Source: a virus
Length of the DNA: 64,000 nucleotides
Virus record (IMG/VR): IMGVR_UViG_3300047094_001400
Span: 6,473-70,472 of that record
Reading direction: 5' to 3' (one strand)
Shown: positions 47,663 through 55,195 of the stretch, piece after piece
Position numbering within the stretch: position 1 is the first letter of the stretch
Layout of the letters: every line of letters starts with the position of its first letter
Notes under the pieces: generated by a model
Databases searched by the model: none
What the model was told of the DNA's origin: nothing
Seen by the model: only the letters and a program-made list of their open reading frames with translations
Made by a program: the position numbers and the translations under genes

Positions 47663-47711
47663 TTCCCGTTCCTGGATTCGAACCGGGCAAAGCCTCCGAC
47701 AGGCACGGGAA
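47663..47711 (-). ncRNA. Anticodon-less tRNA-like element C
   Basis: ttcccgt/acgggaa stem, gcct-gtcgg-aggc arm, T-arm cccgg-TTCGAAT-ccagg (one mismatch). Confidence 0.65.
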
Positions 47712-47719
47712 ATGGGGGG

Positions 47720-48433
47720 TTAGATAGTTCCGTAATTTACAACTTTGAAAGGTTGAAAATCCGGGACCTTCTGAGCTTCAATTTTTTCAATATCTAAAAG
47801 TGAAGCAAGGAAATTTGAACTTTCTCCTTTGGTTATCCGGACAATGTTCTGTATTTGCTCAGTGTATAGTGGCTTGAGGGCTTCAAAGTCAGAACCGGCA
47901 TACACTACCTGAGCTTTAATATCTACCTTCAAATACATAAGGATAACTAAGCAAATATCATTTATCTGCTCAGGGTTGAAATACTCCCGAAATTCATTCA
48001 TAAAATGAAGGCCGGAATTAATTTCCTCGTGACCATTAAAACCGGTTCCGATAGTTCCAACATGACCGGTATTTAAGTTCGTGTAATTAAGTAAAACGGG
48101 GGAATAGGTACTTTTTTTCTCAGCGTTTAATTTACCCGTCTTTGGGTTAATTGTTTGAAAAATTGACCGTGTGCCTTTCCCGTTCACATACTCACAGGAA
48201 AAAAACGCAGTAGTCCTGAGTCTTCCATAAGGATAAGAATCTACCTGTATTTTTTCGCCTAATTTATGCACCTGAATAGGAGTTACCTCGAATTCATAAG
48301 ATTCCGAATCTGATAAATTAAGGTGCTTTTTTGCCTTCTGGATAGCCTCTGATTCATTCAGGGCATTCAGGGCAGTTCCGCGGGATAACCAGGTTTTACC
48401 GGTTACTTTTGCATTGATTTTGTACTGATTCAT
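47720..48433 (-). CDS. Hypothetical protein
   Basis: 237-aa ORF. Confidence 0.65.
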   Translation of the reverse strand: MNQYKINAKVTGKTWLSRGTALNALNESEAIQKAKKHLNLSDSESYEFEVTPIQVHKLGEKIQVDSYPYGRLRTTAFFSCEYVNGKGTRSIFQTINPKTGKLNAEKKSTYSPVLLNYTNLNTGHVGTIGTGFNGHEEINSGLHFMNEFREYFNPEQINDICLVILMYLKVDIKAQVVYAGSDFEALKPLYTEQIQNIVRITKGESSNFLASLLDIEKIEAQKVPDFQPFKVVNYGTI

Positions 48434-48480
48434 GATTTTAGGTTTTTAAGGTTCCCGGAATCCGTCCGGTGCGGGTTTTA

Positions 48481-48585
48481 TTAAATATCAAACAGGAATG
48501 TGGCCAAAGCCCTAAGAGGCATATAGGACCCCGCAATTAAGGCGAAAATTAGGATTTTCCGGTCTGTTTTGTTTTGTGTTTTCAT
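48481..48585 (-). CDS. Small hydrophobic peptide (not in the ORF track)
   Basis: MKTQNKTDRKILIFALIAGSYMPLRALATFLFDI*. Confidence 0.4.
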   Translation of the reverse strand: MKTQNKTDRKILIFALIAGSYMPLRALATFLFDI

Positions 48586-48613
48586 AAGACAAAAGGATTA
48601 AAGGGTGAAAGGA

Positions 48614-48904
48614 TTAACAGTATTTATATGAAATTACGGCTTCGGAACCACAACGGGACAAAACTATAAAGTAAGCGGAGAAGGCCGAAATTCCATATAC
48701 CCCACAAAAAATACCTGGCTTATCAATTCTCATAAAATTAGACAAGGGTAAAATTTCGTTTCTTTCTTTGTCAATTACAAAGGATTCATCTTCTAACTTT
48801 TCATGGCTTAAGTAATCCATTTCTTTTGAAACAGTTTCTTTTTGAAATTCTGATAATTCAAAGAAATTCAAAACGGGTGAGCGAAAGTAAAATGATGTTT
48901 GCAT
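48614..48904 (-). CDS. Hypothetical protein, first gene of the leftward operon
   Basis: 96-aa ORF. Confidence 0.6.
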   Translation of the reverse strand: MQTSFYFRSPVLNFFELSEFQKETVSKEMDYLSHEKLEDESFVIDKERNEILPLSNFMRIDKPGIFCGVYGISAFSAYFIVLSRCGSEAVISYKYC

Positions 48905-50357
48905 AAGTTTTGAGCGTTAAATTAGATTAACGGGTACAAACCTACAAAGTTTATTTTTAATTTGTCAAGTAACATTTAACCTAAACACAAAAATATTTTT
49001 TAACTCATTGAAAACCAACACAAAAAAATTTACCTATAAGAAAAAAAAAGAATAAACCAGGACACAAAAATAAGATACAAGACAAGATACAGACACAAGG
49101 AAAAAACAGAATTAAACGGATGATTCCTACACTAAACTAAACTTAGAAAAATTTATCTGGTGAAGGTTTGAATAACGGAATAAAGGGAAGGGAAGGAAGG
49201 GATTAATAATGGGGGGGTAATTTCCCTTTATGGAATTCCAACAAAGGTCCTCACATTCCGGAATAGATCAACCAAAAATAAAGGGACCAACAAAGGAGAC
49301 CAAAGGGCAAAGGGATTAATTACATTTATCTTTTTCCGTTACATATAACTATTATTATGTTAAGTAAATTATATTTCATATTGTAACTAACTGAATAACA
49401 AAGGGATAAGCCGGAACAGGCACAAAGGGAATGTATAAAGGTATTAACCACATTATAAGTAGTGATAATCTCAGGGGCAAAGGAAGGACCGCATCCGGAC
49501 GGATTGAGACCCCCCCTTCATCGGAATTGCGCATTTCGGATTTTCGGACCGCAGGCCGGCGGGGGTGCTCGCATATAATCATACCCCAACTTTTCATTCG
49601 AGGTAAAATTTGATATTTAGTAATTAGTCTTAATGTGTGCTATCCCCAACTTTTCATGCTAATCAATTTTCAGTGTTTCGATATTTATGCTGAATTTACT
49701 TTTCACACGCAACAGAATATGTAAATCGGTTTGGATTGGATTTCTGGTTTGCGTTTCAATTAAGGTTGTGTTGTAAGTGCATGGTAGTTAAACTTCAATC
49801 AAACATTGCCCTAAGAAAGAAAACCTGATATATCGCCCCCTGCAATTGAGGGTAGGAGCATTGGAGGGTTGGGGATTGTGTTGTATTTGTAGTAGGGTGG
49901 GTCGGTAATGCGAACTGCCCGAAATTCATGGGGGAATGAAATTTAAAGCGGCTGGTTGTGGGCTGATGTTGAGTTGTGGTTGGGGTATTGTTGGTTTATG
50001 TGGTTTACAGCCCAAAAAGCGGAATGAGCGAATGTGTAGTGTGGGATGTTGTGATATTCGTGAATGTAGCGTTTGGGCGTGTTAGTTGGTTGGAAATACA
50101 GGTTGGTGCGACTGGTTTGCGGGAGGGTAGGGTAGGTGTAAAAGAAAGGATCAGCGGAATTGTTTGTTTGGTGTTTCCCTAGACTAATATAGGCTGGAAT
50201 TTTGAAAAATTAAATTGGTGGTTTTCAGTTGTTTATGTTTGTGTTTAATTTCATAACTTGCGAAAATCGGACACTTTCTGTCCGAAAAAGGGGGTTACTC
50301 TGACACTTTCTGTCCTGTTTTTTGTAACTTTGTATATTAGTTTGTACTTTTGTTTTT
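48905..50357. other. Long divergent non-coding region (possible genome termini, pac or origin)
   Basis: About 1.45 kb without credible ORFs; switches from A-rich to G/T-rich; short repeats. Confidence 0.5.
48937..48944 (-). promoter_or_regulatory. Leftward promoter -7 element (TAGGTTTG)
   Basis: TAnnTTTG match upstream of the leftward operon, with TTGAC further upstream. Confidence 0.55.
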
Positions 50358-50792
50358 GTGAATGCGAAGGATGCTAATTACGAGAAGAGGTTGAATAATA
50401 TGTGCATTGACCACTTTAGTTATATGAGGTTGTACGGGGAAGCACATGTTTCGTTGTTTGGGTTAAGTGATAATGCTTGGAGGTTGCTTCGTGCTTTGGT
50501 TTTGTGTAGTGATGTTGAGGATGGGTTGGTTCATGTGTATATAAAGCCAATTAAGATTAAGGTAAAGGGGTTAGCGTTTATGAGGGTAGATGATACGGAT
50601 TACAACATTGACAAGCGGTATTATCGGGCGTGTAAGGAGTTATCGGATGAGGGGTTGTTAAGGAAGGTAATGGGAGGTTTTGGTTGGTGTTTGTTTGTGA
50701 ATCCGATAGTGGTGTATATGGCGGATTACAGGAATAGGAAGAATTTGATTGAGAAGTGGAAGGTTGATTTCAATAAGAATTTGGAGATATGA
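50358..50792 (+). CDS. RepL-like/wHTH DNA-binding protein
   Basis: 'YYRACKELSDEGLL..LFVNPIVVY'. Confidence 0.55.
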   Translation: MNAKDANYEKRLNNMCIDHFSYMRLYGEAHVSLFGLSDNAWRLLRALVLCSDVEDGLVHVYIKPIKIKVKGLAFMRVDDTDYNIDKRYYRACKELSDEGLLRKVMGGFGWCLFVNPIVVYMADYRNRKNLIEKWKVDFNKNLEI

Positions 50793-51019
50793 CAGAAATA
50801 CTTGAATTAAGTGATAAGGATATGGAGTGGGTTACGGATGTTGCGTTCAATGAGTTTAACGGGAAGTCGGATAATGACTTAGGGGACAGGTGTGTGAATT
50901 GCAATTTGTATGATAGGGTTGATGCGGAGAAGGGTGTATGTAAGTTAAGTATGTTGGATGTATTAAGGACAGACTGTTGTTGGATGTTCTTACCAAAGGT
51001 TGTAACAAGTTTAAAGTAA
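50789..51019 (+). CDS. Small Cys-rich protein
   Basis: CVNC..C..CC pattern. Confidence 0.5.
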   Translation: MTEILELSDKDMEWVTDVAFNEFNGKSDNDLGDRCVNCNLYDRVDAEKGVCKLSMLDVLRTDCCWMFLPKVVTSLK

Positions 51020-51027
51020 GTAATATT

Positions 51028-51441
51028 ATGAGACCAGAGAAAACATTGTACTCGGAGTTCCACTTGGGACTTAAGCCAGGGCAGGCTACCATTAACATTA
51101 ACCACAGTAATCCTGAGGAAAGGAAGCCTTCGGTAGAGGTTGTGTGTCGTTTTCCGTTTAAGATTGTAACGGAGGAGGGAGAGGTTTACGAGGCAGGGAC
51201 TATGATGAAGTTGAGCTTTTGGGCTCGTGTGGCTAAGAGTGGCAGAGTATGGCATAGTGGAGGTGTGTCTGCGGTGGGGGAGAAATTCTATCGTGGTGGT
51301 TCTTCAACAAGCAATGGCAGTATGGGCACGAGTACTTCATCGGGGACAAGTTCAGGTATAGGAACTGGAGCATCGGTCCCAACGAACAATACGGGCCATG
51401 GAACTTCAGCACCGACTACGGGAGACGACCTTCCGTTTTAA
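51028..51441 (+). CDS. Putative ssDNA-binding protein (DUF736-like) with DDLPF tail
   Basis: Beta core 'MKLSFWARVAKSGRVWHSG', Gly/Ser/Thr linker, acidic DDLPF end. Confidence 0.55.
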   Translation: MRPEKTLYSEFHLGLKPGQATININHSNPEERKPSVEVVCRFPFKIVTEEGEVYEAGTMMKLSFWARVAKSGRVWHSGGVSAVGEKFYRGGSSTSNGSMGTSTSSGTSSGIGTGASVPTNNTGHGTSAPTTGDDLPF

Positions 51442-51476
51442 GGCGTAGATTTTATGATGAGAATACTGGTTCAGAT

Positions 51477-51842
51477 TTGGATCAGTATTACTCTCATATT
51501 AACCCTGGGATGGGGTTTGCGAACAGGAATAGTAAGAAGCACGGGAAGTATGATGTGGACTTTATAGGGTTGTTGAGGCTTCCTATTGAGTTCGGGGGTA
51601 GGCTGTGTAAGGTAGGGGTGTTTGTTAAGTTAATGCCTGACAGGAGAACGCAGTATTTGAGTTTGCGGTTTATGGAAACGGAGAGTGTTGCGGAGAACAT
51701 TGTTACGAAGAAAACGGAGCAGATGTTAGAGCATATGATTAAGACTGGTGAGATTTACGAGTTACCGGGGGTGGCTGAAAAGTACGGGGACATTATGAGT
51801 ATTGAGGTAGATGGGTTTGATGAAGTTAATGATGAGTATTAA
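51477..51842 (+). CDS. Hypothetical protein, possibly related to the preceding fold
   Basis: 'DFIGLL..KVGVFVK..QYLSLRF'. Confidence 0.5.
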   Translation: MDQYYSHINPGMGFANRNSKKHGKYDVDFIGLLRLPIEFGGRLCKVGVFVKLMPDRRTQYLSLRFMETESVAENIVTKKTEQMLEHMIKTGEIYELPGVAEKYGDIMSIEVDGFDEVNDEY

Positions 51843-51851
51843 ATTTGCCTT

Positions 51852-52229
51852 ATGGAAGAGAATAGTAACAACCAAGAAGAGCCTGTGTGCCGACCTTGTT
51901 CAGAAAAGAGTAAGATTATAGAGGGGAACTTAGTTGCCGGACAGATTAATTATAGTGTCAGGGACAAGGCAAAGAACCTCATTAGTGGTATAGGGGATAT
52001 GTTGAAGGAGAACTATGTAAGTAATGAGGAGTATATGCGTAGGAAGGAAATATGTAGGCAGTGTCCTCACAGGCTTAATGTATTGACGAATAAGCACAAT
52101 CCTGAGAGGGTAAGTAAGGCGGACAAGTGTATGGCTTGTGATTGCTTTCTTATTGCACAAGTAGGGAAGCTTAGGGGCAAGTGTTGGTTGGTTAATCAGG
52201 AGTGCCCTTTGGGGAAGTGGAAGGTTTAG
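51852..52229 (+). CDS. Cys-rich Zn-binding phage protein
   Basis: 'RKEICRQCP..CMACDCFL..ECPLGKW'. Confidence 0.65.
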   Translation: MEENSNNQEEPVCRPCSEKSKIIEGNLVAGQINYSVRDKAKNLISGIGDMLKENYVSNEEYMRRKEICRQCPHRLNVLTNKHNPERVSKADKCMACDCFLIAQVGKLRGKCWLVNQECPLGKWKV

Positions 52230-52435
52230 TCCTGAAATATTACTTCCCATTTATCTTTTGCGTTTTCGTTATTGAGTATTTTATTTGTAACTTCAATTAC
52301 CTCCCGTAAGTCATAGGCGTTATGAGTAACTATTAGAATGTTGTTTACTGTTTCAAGCATTGGATTACACTTGCACGACTGAGTTTGTTCGTGGGGTTCA
52401 GTGTCATTCCGTGGTATTATTTGTATTGAGGTCAT
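52226..52435 (-). CDS. Hypothetical metal-binding protein
   Basis: 'PRND..H..CKCNP..HNAYD'. Confidence 0.55.
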   Translation of the reverse strand: MTSIQIIPRNDTEPHEQTQSCKCNPMLETVNNILIVTHNAYDLREVIEVTNKILNNENAKDKWEVIFQD

Positions 52436-52465
52436 TGTTGCGTATGTTTATTGTTAGGTGCAAGG

Positions 52466-53272
52466 CTACGAAACTGCATCTAAACGAGCATTTGTGATTT
52501 CAATAGCCTTTGGGTTAATGTCGCAACCTATAAAATTTCGGTTAAGTTCTTTACAAACTACTGCTGTCGTGCCACTACCTAAATAGTAATCAGCCACTAC
52601 ATCACCTTCATCTGTAGAAGCCAAAACAAAACGACTTATTAGTTCCTTTGGTTTTTGAGTTGCATATCCTGTCCTTTCAGGCTGACAATGAAGCATAGGT
52701 ATATTTACAATGGTATCTGCAACTCTGCTATCCCTAACCTCATAAATACCCTTCCCTTCATCATCTTTTACATATATTTTTTTACCGTTTACCTTTTTTA
52801 TTTTACTAACAACTATTGGCTTTGCCCTTGCATCTTCTATGGTATTAAATGTATAATTCCCAAGTGCATAGAATAAAATAACGTCATTGCTTTGCGTAAA
52901 CATCTTTTTTCTTGTATCGGGTATTTTATTCATATAATACCAAATAATCTCATTGCGAAAATTATTATACCCAAAAACATCATCCATTAAACAGCGTAAC
53001 CAATGGCTAATTTTGCAATCCATTTGTAAATAAATTGAACCGTTTTGTTTTAGCACTCGTTTCATTTCAATAAGTCTTGGTAGGTAGTGGCTTTCTATTT
53101 CGCTTCGTATTGGCTTTAAATCTTGATAATCGCCAAAGTTTCTACCTGTGCCATAAAGTATATCGCAATAAATCATATTTACGCTTTCATTCGGCTGTGA
53201 TTTTAGTAGTTCCAAATTATCACCGCACTGCACATAACACGAGTTTGGCAAAATTGCCGTTTCGTTTTTCAT
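52466..53272 (-). CDS. N6-adenine/N4-cytosine DNA methyltransferase (beta class)
   Basis: 'GDNLELL', motif IV variant 'YCDILY', 'FRNEIIW', 'YATQKP', 'DYYLGSGTT', 'IGCDIN'. Confidence 0.85.
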   Translation of the reverse strand: MKNETAILPNSCYVQCGDNLELLKSQPNESVNMIYCDILYGTGRNFGDYQDLKPIRSEIESHYLPRLIEMKRVLKQNGSIYLQMDCKISHWLRCLMDDVFGYNNFRNEIIWYYMNKIPDTRKKMFTQSNDVILFYALGNYTFNTIEDARAKPIVVSKIKKVNGKKIYVKDDEGKGIYEVRDSRVADTIVNIPMLHCQPERTGYATQKPKELISRFVLASTDEGDVVADYYLGSGTTAVVCKELNRNFIGCDINPKAIEITNARLDAVS

Positions 53273-53283
53273 AGGGATTAAAT

Positions 53284-53544
53284 TTACAAGTTCTTATCAA
53301 GCAATTCAAGGATAGCAAGCCAATTTTCCTTGGTCTTGAAGTAAATCTCCATAACCTGTGAACCCGCTTTTTCCCGATTAAGGTATATATCTAAGCCAAA
53401 AATTTTTTCATCGTCCTTGTACGCATAATACCCAGCGAAGTCAATCTGATTGAACGAAAAACAAACGAATCCGTCTATGTAAATCTTTACCCTGCCATTG
53501 TAAATCTTAAAGCCGTAGGTGTGTTTTTTAGGTTGTGTTTTCAT
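53284..53544 (-). CDS. Hypothetical protein
   Basis: 86-aa ORF. Confidence 0.55.
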   Translation of the reverse strand: MKTQPKKHTYGFKIYNGRVKIYIDGFVCFSFNQIDFAGYYAYKDDEKIFGLDIYLNREKAGSQVMEIYFKTKENWLAILELLDKNL

Positions 53545-53546
53545 AG

Positions 53547-53768
53547 TTATTGCTTCATTAAGTTACTAACTGCCTCGTTTATTTGCTCAATAGTCTTTGT
53601 TTCGACAAGGAACCTTCTATGGTCTGGGCTTCTGTTATTGAGTATTTCAAAGTATTCCCACTCTTTAATTGCACCTTCTTTGGTTTCGTGAGTGCAAGGT
53701 ACAACAAGATTTTCTCCTTCGAGTATTCCGTACTTGCCTTTTTTATTAATTATAGAGAGTTGGTTCAT
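53547..53768 (-). CDS. Hypothetical protein
   Basis: 73-aa ORF. Confidence 0.5.
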   Translation of the reverse strand: MNQLSIINKKGKYGILEGENLVVPCTHETKEGAIKEWEYFEILNNRSPDHRRFLVETKTIEQINEAVSNLMKQ

Positions 53769-53814
53769 TTGTTTTCTTACGAGTTTCTGGGGTGAAAGTT
53801 ACAGTGAATTGGGG

Positions 53815-54420
53815 TTATTGAGGATTATTATACTTCTTATTTCTAAATTTCCTATTGGCTCTATCCCTTCTTATATCATCCAACTCCTTTTTCCTTACAA
53901 CTTCAATCGCTTCGCTTACAGTAAGTTTCATTGGTTTTAATTCACCATTTATTTTGTACCTCCTTTGCCATTTTTTTGCACCGTTACCACCAAGAACCCT
54001 AAGAACTTTTTTCAAACCTTTGCCACTATCCTTATTTGAGGTTTTTTTCTTTCTCTCCTTTTTCAAAACGACTATCACCCCTCCTGTCTTTTGAACATAA
54101 ACCCTTTGGTTCTTATCCAACTTATCTTTTCCTTCTAATGTGTAATCTTTCTTTTGAACATTATACACATTGTCAATAGAGTTTATCAGTTGATACTCAT
54201 GGATAAGCATATCTTTCTGATTGTTAAAGTATTGAACAACCTCGAATTTGAAAGACTTTGCCCCAAATTTATCAAAGTCCCTTTGTAACTTGTAGTTGTG
54301 ATGCTTCTTGTTAAACAGGTCTTCGAGGTGCTGCTTTTTTCTTGCTTTGAAATCCTTAGTTGAGCCAAAGTACACCCTATCGTTTATGATGTTGGTAATT
54401 TTGTAAACTGAAAAGTCCAT
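53815..54420 (-). CDS. GIY-YIG endonuclease
   Basis: 'SVYKITN..VYFGST..RKKQH..HHNYKLQ..E..YN'; ATG at 54420. Confidence 0.8.
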   Translation of the reverse strand: MDFSVYKITNIINDRVYFGSTKDFKARKKQHLEDLFNKKHHNYKLQRDFDKFGAKSFKFEVVQYFNNQKDMLIHEYQLINSIDNVYNVQKKDYTLEGKDKLDKNQRVYVQKTGGVIVVLKKERKKKTSNKDSGKGLKKVLRVLGGNGAKKWQRRYKINGELKPMKLTVSEAIEVVRKKELDDIRRDRANRKFRNKKYNNPQ

Positions 54421-54430
54421 AGTACTGTAT

Positions 54431-54547
54431 AAAAATGAAAAACCCTCAAGGGGTGGTGCGTCCTCAAGGGTTTCTAATACCGGGTAAAAGCCGATAATTT
54501 CTTTAGTTACACATTGTACGCACCACCGTAACAACGCAACAAAGTTA
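54431..54547 (-). ncRNA. Promoter-leader RNA with loop-loop terminator, copy 3
   Basis: TAACTTTG; gttac/gtaac hairpin enclosing ggtggtgcgt; tatcgg/ccggta hairpin; terminator loop acgcaccacc. Confidence 0.75.
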
Positions 54548-54629
54548 TTTTCTCCTTACGACAATTCCAAACAAAGGTTACATTTTTGCTAAAATATTTT
54601 TTCTTACCTTTGGTAAAAATTTGTTTGTT

Positions 54630-54896
54630 ATGGCAAAGGCTAAAAATATCGAAACCGTTGTTGAAACTGAAAAGGAAAGCACTCCTATTACAGTTACAAT
54701 TCATATTAATGTGAATGGTCGCATTGTTGCTCGTACCATTACCGTTAAGTCTGACAAGGAAATTGACGAGAAAGTCCGTAAAATCACCAGAAACATTAAG
54801 TTCTTTGGTGGTATTTTGGTTCGTGTTCTCCTCAATGGACAGTCTGCTGAAGATGTAATTTTCAAGCGGATTGAGAAAGTATTGAACAAGAAGTAA
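54630..54896 (+). CDS. Hypothetical basic protein
   Basis: ATG at 54630 after TACCTTTG (54605). Confidence 0.55.
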   Translation: MAKAKNIETVVETEKESTPITVTIHINVNGRIVARTITVKSDKEIDEKVRKITRNIKFFGGILVRVLLNGQSAEDVIFKRIEKVLNKK

Positions 54897-54908
54897 TAAT
54901 ATAACTTT

Positions 54909-55190
54909 ATGACAGAGGTAAAACCCCAAGGTGTGAAAGTAAAGCACCGCACTTCAAATTTTGAGGTGAGCATAGATGAAAATACGGGAAGGAAACTAAA
55001 AGTCAGCGTAGATGTGGAGAACCTTGATTTCATAGTCCATGGTGTTTCTGCTTTGATGAAGGAACTTGAGAACTTCAAATACAGCAAGAACACTATTGAT
55101 AGTGACATTCGGGCAACTGATGAACTCTTTAAGCACACTATGGCTCTTCTGTATTCAGCCCGGAACTCCGGTAGGCTTGAAACAGAATAG
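54909..55190 (+). CDS. Hypothetical protein
   Basis: 93-aa ORF before the terminase. Confidence 0.55.
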   Translation: MTEVKPQGVKVKHRTSNFEVSIDENTGRKLKVSVDVENLDFIVHGVSALMKELENFKYSKNTIDSDIRATDELFKHTMALLYSARNSGRLETE

Positions 55191-55195
55191 TCCAA

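Noticed and set aside
48448-48478. Hairpin ccgga/tccgg before the 48433 gene as a fourth tRNA mimic
   Set aside because: No T-loop or D-like arm; only a simple hairpin
49376-50182. Short ORFs in the divergent intergenic region
   Set aside because: Low-complexity, composition-driven translations without credible starts
54421-54534. N-terminal extensions in the ORF track for the GIY-YIG gene (likewise 28249-28512 and 46835-46894)
   Set aside because: They run through structured RNA or promoter elements; downstream ATGs fit better
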